A stretch of 64,000 nucleotides of DNA from an uncultured bacterium (GTDB lineage Bacteria; Actinomycetota; Acidimicrobiia; Spongiisociales; UBA5794), in assembly GCA_963801165.1 (NCBI GenBank), contig CAWDDT010000004.1:192001-256000 (forward strand), in the 5' to 3' direction. A program made the position numbers and the translations under genes. Shown here in pieces: positions 30,668 to 39,743 of this stretch (position 1 is the first letter of the stretch; the number at the start of each line of letters is the position of its first letter). The notes beneath the pieces were generated by a model. It was not told where the DNA came from and made no database searches. It saw nothing but the letters and a program-made list of their open reading frames with translations.

Positions 30668-32245
30668 ATGGGAGAATCAACGGTGGATACCAGAATCGAG
30701 GAGACCCCGGTGAGCGCCGACCTCAACAACGAAACCGATGACGTGGTCGCCGGTACGCACCGTACCCGCCGCTGGCTGTGGATCATCCCGATCGTCGTGG
30801 TGGTGGCCGGCGCCGCCGTCGCTTATGCGTTGCTGGGCAACGGGAGCGACGCGGGCGGGACCGACCAGGTGACATTGTCATTCGCCGATGTCGTCCAAGC
30901 AGATCTGGTGCAGACGGACACATTCGACGGAACGCTCGGCACCGAGGACGGGGACCCGGTCACCAGCCCCATATCCGGGGTGGTGACCACGACGGCGGAG
31001 CCGGGCACGACCATCGAACAGGGCGATGTCTTCCTCACAGTTGACGACCAACCGGTCGTGCTCCTTTATGGGGACCTGCCCGCCTATCGGGCGCTCGCCG
31101 CCACCGGGGACAGCTTCAGCGCCATCGGAAACAAGACCGGGGTCGTCACCGATGTCGTCGCCGCCGGCGACACGATCGTGCAGGGAGACGTTCTCTACCG
31201 GGTCAATGGAGAGCCGGTGGTGGCCATGTACGGGGACGTGCCCGCATACCGCACGCTGCGCGACCTCAGCGACAACATGACCGGCGACGACGTGCTCCAG
31301 CTCGAGCAGAATCTCGTCGCGCTCGGCTACGACCCCGACAGCCTTGCCTCCGTCGACGATGAATTCACCAGCTATACCGCGACCATGGTCGAGCGATGGC
31401 AGGCGGATCTCGGTGTCGACGACACCGGTGTCGTCGCGCTCGGCGACGTCATCTTCATCCCCGGTCCCGCCGAAGTGCTCAACGTGGCGGTCGACGTCGG
31501 CCAGTCGGTGAACGCCGGTCAGCCCGTCGCCACGGTCACGGCGGGCGATCCGCTCAGCGGTGACGACGTGCTCCAGCTCGAGCAGGACCTCGTTGCACTG
31601 GGCTACGACGGACCAGTCGTCGACGGTGTCTGGGACGACGGGACCAAGAGCGCCGTGTCCGCCTGGCAATCCGACGTCGGGTTCGAGGCCGACGGCGTCG
31701 TCGACCTGGGCGAGATCGTCTTTCTCCCCGGCTCGGTTCGGGTCAACGAGGTTCTGGGCTCGGTGGGCACGGCGGTGAGCCAGGGCACTCCGGTGCTCGG
31801 GATCTCCTCGGCCGAGCAATACGTGACCTTCGATCTCCCGGCCCGCAACCAGGGGTTGGTGGCGGTTGGCGACCAGGTGAACATCGAGATGCCGGACGGG
31901 ACCGACACACCGGGGACGGTCGCTACGGTGGCTTCCGTCGCCACGGGGGGTCAGGGCGCTGATGCCACCTTCGCCGTCAAGATAAACCTCGACGATCCGA
32001 CCGTGGCCGTCGGCCTCGACGAGGCCCCCGTTACCGTCGACATCGTTTCCGACTCGGTGAGCAACGTACTGGCAGTGCCCGTCTCGGCCCTCGTTGCCCT
32101 CCAAGAAGGCGGGTATGCGGTGGAGATCGACTCCGGTGACGGCACCACCCACTTCGTTGCGGTCGAGCCCGGTCTCTATGCCGACGGTCTGGTCGAGGTG
32201 AGCTCAGATAGTCTGAGCGCAGGCGACCAGGTGGTCGTGCCGTGA
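30668..32245 (+). CDS. MacA-like membrane-fusion adaptor with two peptidoglycan-binding domains
   Basis: TM anchor; YGD.PAYR twice; GDDVLQLEQ.LVALGYD twice; VLAVPVSAL; GDQVVVP. Confidence 0.88.
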   Translation: MGESTVDTRIEETPVSADLNNETDDVVAGTHRTRRWLWIIPIVVVVAGAAVAYALLGNGSDAGGTDQVTLSFADVVQADLVQTDTFDGTLGTEDGDPVTSPISGVVTTTAEPGTTIEQGDVFLTVDDQPVVLLYGDLPAYRALAATGDSFSAIGNKTGVVTDVVAAGDTIVQGDVLYRVNGEPVVAMYGDVPAYRTLRDLSDNMTGDDVLQLEQNLVALGYDPDSLASVDDEFTSYTATMVERWQADLGVDDTGVVALGDVIFIPGPAEVLNVAVDVGQSVNAGQPVATVTAGDPLSGDDVLQLEQDLVALGYDGPVVDGVWDDGTKSAVSAWQSDVGFEADGVVDLGEIVFLPGSVRVNEVLGSVGTAVSQGTPVLGISSAEQYVTFDLPARNQGLVAVGDQVNIEMPDGTDTPGTVATVASVATGGQGADATFAVKINLDDPTVAVGLDEAPVTVDIVSDSVSNVLAVPVSALVALQEGGYAVEIDSGDGTTHFVAVEPGLYADGLVEVSSDSLSAGDQVVVP

Positions 32246-32973
32246 CCGTCGCCGTTGCCGAGGACCGGGTGGCGCCGGCCGGCGGAGCGGACGTCGTCCT
32301 CTCACTGCGTAGGGTCAGCAAGGAATACCCGACGACGCCACCGGTGCGGGCACTGCGTGGTGTCGACTTCACTGTGACCCGCGGCGAGCTGGTCGGTGTT
32401 GTCGGGCCATCGGGTAGTGGGAAGTCGACGCTGCTGCACATCATGGGAACGCTCGACCGCCCAACCGCAGGGGAAGTGACCGTCGCCGGATACGACGTGG
32501 CAAGTCTCAGCGACAAGGACATGTCGGCGCTGCGCTCCCGGCACATCGGCTTCGTGTTCCAGCAGTTCCATCTGCTCAGCGGCTACACCGCTCTCGACAA
32601 CGTGGCCGATGGGCTGCTCTACACCGGCGCCAACCTGGCCACCAGGCGTGAGCTGGCGCGGGGGGCGCTGGAGAAGGTCGATCTCGGCCACCGACTCAAC
32701 CACGTCGCCACCCTCATGTCCGGTGGCGAGCGGCAGCGGGTGGCCGTGGCCAGGGCGCTGGTGGGACAGCCGTCGATCGTGCTTGCCGACGAGCCAACGG
32801 GCAACCTCGACACGAAAAACAGCGAAGCGATCGTCGATCTGATCCGGCAGATCAACGCCGAGGGAGTCACCTTCGTCGTCATCACCCACAACCGCGAGAT
32901 CGCCGATGCCTTCCCGAGGACGATAGGTTTGCGTGACGGCTCGATCGAGTACGACACGGAAGGAAAGCGATGA
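32242..32973 (+). CDS. ABC transporter ATP-binding protein (MacB/LolD type)
   Basis: GPSGSGKS, IGFVFQQF, MSGGERQR, ADEPTGNLD. Confidence 0.95.
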   Translation: MTVAVAEDRVAPAGGADVVLSLRRVSKEYPTTPPVRALRGVDFTVTRGELVGVVGPSGSGKSTLLHIMGTLDRPTAGEVTVAGYDVASLSDKDMSALRSRHIGFVFQQFHLLSGYTALDNVADGLLYTGANLATRRELARGALEKVDLGHRLNHVATLMSGGERQRVAVARALVGQPSIVLADEPTGNLDTKNSEAIVDLIRQINAEGVTFVVITHNREIADAFPRTIGLRDGSIEYDTEGKR

Positions 32974-34169
32974 CGACCGGTCTGGTGCCTTCGCGCTTGC
33001 ACGCGGTCGATGCGCTGCGCACGGCCAGTGTCGGGCTTCGTACCCGCCGTTTGCGCGCCGCTCTATCCGCGCTCGGCATCATGATCGGGATCGCGGCGAT
33101 GGTCGCTGTCCTCGGGCTCTCGGAGTCTTCGAAATCCGAACTGCTGGCGCAACTCGACCGGCTCGGTACCAATCTGCTCACCGTGCAAGCGGGAACGGGC
33201 ATCGGTATCGGGAGTGGTGAGCTCCCCGATGAGGCGGCGGGCATGATTTCCCGGATCGGCCCGGTGGAGACGACGAGCAGCGTTTCTGCGGTCGACGCCA
33301 ACGTGTACAAGAACGATCTCGTGCCCTCGGGCCAGACCGGCGGTATCACCGTTCAGGCGGTGGACATCAATCTTCTCGATACACTGGCCGGGAGTGTCGC
33401 CGACGGGAAGTTCCTCGATGCGGCGACCGCCAACTACCCGACGGCTGTACTCGGCTCCGTGGCGGCACAGCGGCTCGGGATCCGCACGGTCACGGGCACC
33501 CAGCAGATCTGGCTGGGGGACCAGTGGTTCACAGTGATCGGTGTGCTCAATCAGTTCGAGCTGAACCCGGATCTCGATCGGGCCGCTCTGATCGGCCAGG
33601 GTGCGGCCGAGACATATCTCGACCACGACAACGTGCCGACGTCGATCCTGGTGCGGGTGAATCCGGATTATGTCGACGAGGTGACAGCGGTGTTGGCGGC
33701 GACGGCCAACCCGCAGAATCCCGAAGAGGTCGAGGTTGCTCGCCCGTCGGATGCCCTCGAGGCCAAGGAGGCGGCCAACGATGCGTTTACCGCCCTGCTG
33801 CTCGGATTGGGTGCCGTCGCCCTGCTGGTGGGCGGGGTCGGGATCGCCAACGTCATGGTGATCTCTGTGTTGGAGCGCCGCGCTGAGATCGGGCTGCGCC
33901 GGGCTCTAGGAGCCACCAAACGCCACGTTGCGGTCCAGTTCCTCGGCGAGGCGCTGCTACTGTCGGCGGTCGGTGGTGCGGGTGGTGTCGTTCTCGGTTG
34001 GATAGTCACCGGGATCTATGCCCGGGTCAGAGGGTGGAGCACCCTGGTGCCACCGGTTGCGATTGTCGGGGGATTCGTGGCAGCCCTCCTCATCGGTGCC
34101 GTCGCCGGTCTCTACCCGGCCACCCGGGCGGCCCGTCTCTCGCCTACCGAGGCCCTCCACAGCACCTGA
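32970..34169 (+). CDS. ABC transporter permease (MacB/FtsX type)
   Basis: LGIMIGIAAMV, LGTNLL, VGGVGIANVM..SVLERR.EIGLRRALGA, YPA.RAARL.P. Confidence 0.93.
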   Translation: MTTGLVPSRLHAVDALRTASVGLRTRRLRAALSALGIMIGIAAMVAVLGLSESSKSELLAQLDRLGTNLLTVQAGTGIGIGSGELPDEAAGMISRIGPVETTSSVSAVDANVYKNDLVPSGQTGGITVQAVDINLLDTLAGSVADGKFLDAATANYPTAVLGSVAAQRLGIRTVTGTQQIWLGDQWFTVIGVLNQFELNPDLDRAALIGQGAAETYLDHDNVPTSILVRVNPDYVDEVTAVLAATANPQNPEEVEVARPSDALEAKEAANDAFTALLLGLGAVALLVGGVGIANVMVISVLERRAEIGLRRALGATKRHVAVQFLGEALLLSAVGGAGGVVLGWIVTGIYARVRGWSTLVPPVAIVGGFVAALLIGAVAGLYPATRAARLSPTEALHST

Positions 34170-34234
34170 CTCCGCTCTTGCGGACGTCGGCGGCCAACAG
34201 GGCTTCGGGGTAGGCAAGTTGTGTGCGATGGGTC

Positions 34235-34275
34235 TTGACAACGGCCGCATTTGTTCTATAACTAATAGAACAAAT
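34235..34275 (+). promoter_or_regulatory. Sigma-70-like promoter overlapped by a palindromic operator (GntR/YtrA-like)
   Basis: TTGACA at 34235, TATAAC at 34257; ATTTGTTCTAT-AACTA-ATAGAACAAAT at 34249-34275. Confidence 0.75.
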
Positions 34276-34292
34276 ATCGAAAGGCGGTTTCT

Positions 34293-34493
34293 GTGACTGA
34301 TATCAATTGGGCCGGCCTTGCCCCTTTCCTGGTCCTGGCGCTTGCGTTTGTCGTCTGGTGCTGGGTCGACATCTCTCGCCACGAGGTGCGTTATCTGCCC
34401 AAGTGGCTGTGGGCCGTGATCTGTGCGATGTCTGTCCCTCTCGGGGGCATCGTGTACCTGCTCGTCGGGCGTGAATCGGCACCGATCAAATGA
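34293..34493 (+). CDS. PLDc_N-domain small membrane protein (YxlE-like)
   Basis: WVDI.R..VRYLPKWLW..I..SVPLGGIVYLLVGR. Confidence 0.85.
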   Translation: MTDINWAGLAPFLVLALAFVVWCWVDISRHEVRYLPKWLWAVICAMSVPLGGIVYLLVGRESAPIK

Positions 34494-35399
34494 TCACCAC
34501 GAGCGGTCTCACCAAGGATTACGGGACGAGCGAGGGGGACGACGAGGGGGACGACGAGGGGGACGACGAGGGGATTGGATCACGTCGACTTGAGCGTGAC
34601 GCGCGGCTCGGTGTACGGGCTCGTCGGCCCAAACGGGGCCGGCAAGACGACCCTGCTCGGCGTCCTGGCCGGGCTGCGGCGGGCGACCTCCGGCACGATC
34701 GACATCGGGACCACGAAGGTTGGCGTCCTCCCGGACACGCCACTGTTCGACGGGTGGCTAACCGCCCGTGAGGTGGTCGAGCTCTCCCTCAACATGAGCG
34801 ATGGCTCGACCGATCAGGACCGGGTTGCCGCGGTGATCGCCGAAGCCGGCATCACCGAGGCTGCCGACCGGGCTGTGGGTGGTTTCTCGCGAGGCATGTT
34901 GCAGCGGCTCGGGGTGGCGGCGACCCTCGTTGCGGAGCCCGAGCTGATCCTCCTCGACGAGCCCTGTTCGGCGCTGGACCCGCTGGGAAGGAGGGAGGTG
35001 CTGGATCTCATCTCCCGTCTCCGCGGCGACGCCACCGTCGTGTTCTCCAGCCACATCCTGGCCGACGTTCAGGAGGTCTGCGATACCGTCGGTATCCTGC
35101 GCCAGGGAACGCTCGTGTTCGAGGGGCCGCTGGAGCAATTGCTGGTCGGCAAGGCACAGCCGCAGTATCTCGTCCGGCTTCGGCCCCCGATCGAGCCGGT
35201 GGTGGCCACTTTGCGCACCGTGGATTGGATCGAGAGTGTGACGGGCGTCGGCCCGGACCAGATCCGCGTCTCCGGTGCCAATCTCGAGGTCCTGGAGACC
35301 GGCCTGGTTCCGGCGCTGGCGGCGGCGGGCGCTCAGGTGGTTTCGCTCGCCCCCGACGCTCCATCCCTCGAGGACGTGTTTCTGGAGGTGGTGAAATGA
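34490..35399 (+). pseudogene. ABC-2-type ATP-binding protein, frameshifted within an N-terminal 12-bp repeat (or restarted at TTG 34575)
   Basis: MITTSGLTKDYG is in one frame; LDHVDLSV..GPNGAGKTT, FSRGMLQR and LDEP are in another; extra G at about 34530. Confidence 0.7.
34523..34573 (+). repeat. Tandem repeat, about 4 x 12 bp (GGGACGACGAGG); first copy has one extra nt
   Basis: gggacgaGcgagg followed by gggacgacgagg x3. Confidence 0.9.
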
Positions 35400-36142
35400 A
35401 TCTGTGGCGTTTGGAGTGGTTGCGTCTGGTCCGCACCAGGCGGCTGATTGCCCTCCTCGGTGTCTTTCTCTTCTTCGGCTTTCTCGGTCCGCTGACCGCC
35501 CGATACATCAAGCAAATCATCGAGAACTTCGGCGGCAACGTTCAGATCGTCGTTCCGGACCCGGTCCCCGCCGACGGCATCACCCAGTACGTCGGCAACG
35601 CGATGCAGATCGGTCTGCTCGTCTCCATGGGTATCGCCGCCGCCGCTCTGGCCTTCGATGCCAAGCCGCAGATGGGCATCTTCTTGCGCACCCGGGTGCG
35701 ACGGGTGAGCGACATCATCGTGCCCCGATATGTTGTCATGGTGGCGGCGGTAGTCGCCTGCTTCATGTTGGGCTCGATAGCGGCGCTCTATGAAACCACG
35801 GTGCTGATCGGGTCGCTCTCGATTGGTGGCTGGCTGCTGGGGACGTTGGTCGGCTCGCTCTATCTGGCCTTCGCCGTAGCTCTGGTTTCCCTGGTGGCTG
35901 CCCGGGCGAACTCGGTGATGCTGACATTGGTCGTGAGTGTGGCGATTCTGCTGTTGCTGCCGGTGATCGGCGTGATCCCGGACGTGGCGCCGTGGCTGCC
36001 CAGCCACCTGATCGGTGGTGTCGACGGGCTGGTTCGAGACGGTGCTTTCGGCGACTACCTCCGAGCCACGATCGTCACGATCGGGTTGACGCTCGCCGCT
36101 CTGTGGCTGGCCGTCCGCGTCGCCGAGCGCCGGGAGCTGTGA
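35396..36142 (+). CDS. ABC-2 type permease (YxlG-like)
   Basis: MNLWRLEWLRLVRT, FGFLGPL.ARY; 6 TM; ATGA overlap with the ATPase. Confidence 0.85.
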   Translation: MNLWRLEWLRLVRTRRLIALLGVFLFFGFLGPLTARYIKQIIENFGGNVQIVVPDPVPADGITQYVGNAMQIGLLVSMGIAAAALAFDAKPQMGIFLRTRVRRVSDIIVPRYVVMVAAVVACFMLGSIAALYETTVLIGSLSIGGWLLGTLVGSLYLAFAVALVSLVAARANSVMLTLVVSVAILLLLPVIGVIPDVAPWLPSHLIGGVDGLVRDGAFGDYLRATIVTIGLTLAALWLAVRVAERREL

Positions 36143-37162
36143 TCAGTCCGCAACCGACACGAGGTAGTCACCGGCTTCGTCGTCCCACTTCAGCTCGACA
36201 ACTCCCCGGGCGCTGGCGGCCTGGACAAAACGCAGGAACCCGGAGTAGCCGAGCCGTCGTTCGTTGAAGCCGCTCTGGCGCTTGCGCATCTGGTCCTTGA
36301 GACCGGAGAGCGGCTGCGGCTTGGAATTTCCGATCACTTCGGCGAGCAGACTGAATTCGTTGCTGTGCTCTGCGTCGCTGGGGAAATCGATGAGCGGATC
36401 TCCCTGAGCTCCTTCGTCGGTCAGTTCTACGATCGAGTTGGACGCCAGGTGGCGGATGAGCTCGCCGAAGCCGCGGAAGCCGTAGTCGGCCTCGCTGAAT
36501 GTGGGGTCCTTGCGCAGCAACGCTCGCTTGAGCGATGAGGAACGCACCGATCCGTCCGCTGACTGCTGCAGGCCGGCGAGGGTAGTGGTGACCAGCGAGA
36601 CGACGTCGTCGGTGGCTCGCGGTGTCTCCCGCTCCGTCTCATCGCGCTCTGCCTTGCGGTCGGGCTTGGGTTCGCGCTTTGGCTTGTGGATCTCTACCCC
36701 GGCAAGCCGCTCGTAGAACAGGAACTCGTCGCACGCCGGGGGGAGCATGGCCGATGTCGACGCCTTGAGACCGACACCGACGACGCGTTTGTTCAGCTCA
36801 CGTAGCTTCTGGACGAGGGGAGTGAAGTCGCTGTCACCGGTGCAGATGACAAAGGCAGTCACGTAGTCGCGCTCGAAAGCCAGCTCGACGGCGTCAACGG
36901 CCATCTTGATATCGGCGGCATTCTTGCGGACCCGGCCCCGCCGCTGTGGTATCTCGATGAGCTCAACCTGGTTGTCGGCCAGCATCTGGCGATCCTTCTC
37001 GAAGGACGACCAGTCGGCGTAGGCGCGTCTCACCACAACGCGACCCCGTTCGGCCAGTGCGTCGGCGACCGGCTTGAAGTCAAACTGGATGCCGAGATCG
37101 TCTCTGGCGCCGATGGCGAGGTTCTCGTAGTCGATGAACAGCCCGATGCGTTCTTCTTCCAT
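36143..37162 (-). CDS. NYN (LabA/DUF88, PIN-like) domain protein with OST-HTH/LOTUS domains
   Basis: LFIDYENL, RAYADW, KNAADIKMAVD, GDSDF, CDEF; DPTFSEADYGFRGF and FNERRLGYSGF. Confidence 0.9.
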   Translation of the reverse strand: MEEERIGLFIDYENLAIGARDDLGIQFDFKPVADALAERGRVVVRRAYADWSSFEKDRQMLADNQVELIEIPQRRGRVRKNAADIKMAVDAVELAFERDYVTAFVICTGDSDFTPLVQKLRELNKRVVGVGLKASTSAMLPPACDEFLFYERLAGVEIHKPKREPKPDRKAERDETERETPRATDDVVSLVTTTLAGLQQSADGSVRSSSLKRALLRKDPTFSEADYGFRGFGELIRHLASNSIVELTDEGAQGDPLIDFPSDAEHSNEFSLLAEVIGNSKPQPLSGLKDQMRKRQSGFNERRLGYSGFLRFVQAASARGVVELKWDDEAGDYLVSVAD

Positions 37163-37196
37163 GGCTTTGAGCGTAGCCGACTCGGCGGCGCCGCGA

Positions 37197-38678
37197 TCAG
37201 CCGCCGATAGATCCGATCCAGATGTCGATATGCGCAGGCTCCGACGGAGTGGCCCCGGCGACCGAGAGCATGACCAGCCGGTCGTGCAGCGGCGCCACCG
37301 TCGGGTACGGGTCATTGCCGGGAATCTCGATCTCCGACCAGTGCAGCCCGTCCGATGAGAACATGGCGTTCGCACGGACGAACCTGCTCCGGTAGCCGAT
37401 GAAACCGGCCTGCCCTCCAACCGCGTATGTGACCGAACCGGGGTCGCTGAGTACCGTCCACGTCCCACCCGCGGTACCGACACAACGGGTTCCGTCGTCG
37501 CCGGTGAGCAGGATCCGGTCGCTACTGGTTGCCAGCTCGAACCGGACGCACTGGGGCGGTGGCTGGCTGTCGGCGGGCTGCCAGGCCCTGCCCGTGTTGC
37601 TGTTCCAGAGCCTGATGTTCTCGAACGGGGCAAAGGAGTTCTCCTGCTCGTAGCCTGCGGTGATGAACCCGTCTTGCCACGCCAGGGGCAGGAAGTAGCC
37701 GTCGGGGAGCGCGCTCCCGGACTCCACGGGGAGGAAGTCGACGCCGTTGCTCGAGCGCCAGGAGAAGCCCACGCGCACCGCACCAAGATCGGGTGTCGTT
37801 TCCACCGGAAACGCTCCCTCGGGCAGATCGTATGTGCGCAGGATCTGCTCGTCTTCGGGCGTGGTCAGCCGAACCCAGACCGCATCGCTCGTGACTACGA
37901 CCTCAGGTGTCGTATCGAACACCGCGATCGGGGTCGGGATCTGTTGGGAGTACACCGAGTCCAGGTAGTAGCTGAGGCCGCGATCTTGCGGGTCGACCTC
38001 GTCCGGGATGTAGGGTGCGATCGCCTCCCGCCACACCGGGAAGTCGCCGATTACCACCGTCACTATCTCCCCGACCTCGTTGACGGCCGTGCCCCCATAG
38101 AGGACGGTGATCTCGTCCGGTACGGCGACAGCGACGGGGGTGAATGAGCCACCGTCGACGGCCCGCCCCGGGAGTGAGTGCCACATGGCGAAGTGGTCGC
38201 CCAGGGAGCCGGACAGGATGAGCCCCGTTGTGGTGGCCACCAGGTCTGTGACCGCGGCGCCGTCGTCGAGCCGGATTGGCTCGGTCTGCCAGGTGAGCCC
38301 GTCACCGGAGCTCCACAGCTCGTTGCTGGTTGTCCCGGCAGCGGTGTCTTCGAATCGGGTCACGACGTAGATGCGCCCCCCTAGCTCTACGGGGCTGGTG
38401 GCTCCCGCGTAGTCCATCCCCACGGGGAACGGCGGAACGCTGGACGCTTGCGCCCACGTGACCGAGACCGGCCCTGCCGAGTCGTCCGCGGTGTCGGCAT
38501 TGGCCTCACCGGAGACGAAGTCGTCACCCGACGATCCCCGGGTGAGCGACGCCACCGCCCAGCCGACGAGGATGCCTATTACCAGAACGGCGATCGTGAG
38601 CGGGAACCGAGGGGGGCGCCGGGGCGGTGTTGTTTCGTCCCCGGTCAGCGGCCTGACTCTTGCTGTCTCGTCGGTCAC
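37197..38678 (-). CDS. Membrane-anchored beta-rich protein with Asp-box-like repeats
   Basis: N-terminal TM; SSGDGLTW, SSNGVDF, SNTGRAW, SSDGLHW. Confidence 0.7.
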   Translation of the reverse strand: MTDETARVRPLTGDETTPPRRPPRFPLTIAVLVIGILVGWAVASLTRGSSGDDFVSGEANADTADDSAGPVSVTWAQASSVPPFPVGMDYAGATSPVELGGRIYVVTRFEDTAAGTTSNELWSSGDGLTWQTEPIRLDDGAAVTDLVATTTGLILSGSLGDHFAMWHSLPGRAVDGGSFTPVAVAVPDEITVLYGGTAVNEVGEIVTVVIGDFPVWREAIAPYIPDEVDPQDRGLSYYLDSVYSQQIPTPIAVFDTTPEVVVTSDAVWVRLTTPEDEQILRTYDLPEGAFPVETTPDLGAVRVGFSWRSSNGVDFLPVESGSALPDGYFLPLAWQDGFITAGYEQENSFAPFENIRLWNSNTGRAWQPADSQPPPQCVRFELATSSDRILLTGDDGTRCVGTAGGTWTVLSDPGSVTYAVGGQAGFIGYRSRFVRANAMFSSDGLHWSEIEIPGNDPYPTVAPLHDRLVMLSVAGATPSEPAHIDIWIGSIGG

Positions 38679-38723
38679 GGCGCCGAAGGTTACCGGCGGA
38701 ATTCGCGCGTTGGAGACGGCCCG

Positions 38724-39716
38724 TCAGTCGAGAGTGCTCCGCACGAAATGGATGTCCGGCTTGCGGCCTTCCGACATGGTGTAGTAGGAGAAGCCACCGG
38801 CTGCGAACGTGATCGCCTCGCCCTGCACTTCGGCTGTCGACGGTGTGCTGCACGGCTCGGTCGCGAATGTCCCGGCGAAACCCAGATCGGTCCGCGTCCA
38901 CAGCCACACCTCGTTGTAGCCGCGGAACGCAATGAGCGCACCGCTCGTGTCGATGTCGGCGCCGGTCACGAATAGGCCGCGGTCCAGCGGAAAGACCCCG
39001 ATCTGGACTAGGTCGACGCTTGCTCCGTCGACCAGGAGGTCCGCCGGTGCCCGGTAGATCGGGGCGTCGCCACCGGACTGTGGTTTGGCTATGAGGACGA
39101 GGTCACCGGTGACCGGGTCGACGAACATCGCCTCTGCGTCCTGTCCCGGCTTGGAGTAGTACAGGTTGAACTCGTCGACCTCAGAGATGAATCCTCCTGC
39201 CGGATCGGGCTCCGGTTCGGCGAACCGCTGCACGGTCACGTAGGCCCGAAAATGGAGGTTGTCCCCGATGTCGCCCAGGTAGAGGTAATAGCGAGCGGGA
39301 TCCGGTCCGGGCCCGATGGCGATGTCCTCCCAGTCGAAGGTCGTTGTGTCGATTTCGAACGTGCCCATGTCGTCCCCGGTAACGGTCGTGGCATATACGT
39401 AGGGACCGCCTCCCGAGTCGTTGTGCATCCACAGCACGTCGGGATGGGCACGGGACGCCACGATGCCGGAGATCTCAGTGGCCCAGTCGGCGGCGACGGT
39501 CCCCGTTGCCACCGGATCCTGATAGGAGTTGCATAGCGTGGCCGGTGGTGAGGCCGGCATGGTGGGTGGGGTGGTCGTGGCAGTTGGCGTCGTGGCGGCC
39601 GTGGTCACAGGGACCGTGGTGGTTGTCGCATCTGCTGCCGGGGACGTCGACAGGCCGTCGCAGCCCGCCCCCACGAGCAGTATCGCCAGCACGAGAGTGA
39701 TCCGAGCCCTGGTCAC
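38724..39716 (-). CDS. Lipoprotein, probable beta-propeller hydrolase-like family
   Basis: Lipobox GAGC; Thr-rich linker; EISG, WMHNDSG, DWEDIA, DIGDN, DAEA, QGEAI. Confidence 0.75.
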   Translation of the reverse strand: MTRARITLVLAILLVGAGCDGLSTSPAADATTTTVPVTTAATTPTATTTPPTMPASPPATLCNSYQDPVATGTVAADWATEISGIVASRAHPDVLWMHNDSGGGPYVYATTVTGDDMGTFEIDTTTFDWEDIAIGPGPDPARYYLYLGDIGDNLHFRAYVTVQRFAEPEPDPAGGFISEVDEFNLYYSKPGQDAEAMFVDPVTGDLVLIAKPQSGGDAPIYRAPADLLVDGASVDLVQIGVFPLDRGLFVTGADIDTSGALIAFRGYNEVWLWTRTDLGFAGTFATEPCSTPSTAEVQGEAITFAAGGFSYYTMSEGRKPDIHFVRSTLD

Positions 39717-39743
39717 CGGGTCAAGCCTAAGACACGATGGCGG

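Noticed and set aside
36143-37162. NYN protein as a toxin-antitoxin toxin
   Set aside because: It has the LabA/DUF88 plus LOTUS architecture and no antitoxin ORF.
37163-37786. N-terminal extensions in the ORF track (NYN 547 aa; also LOG, manC, xseA, xseB, dppC, DUF480, IYD)
   Set aside because: They overlap neighbouring real genes; downstream starts fit the family N-termini and operon coupling.
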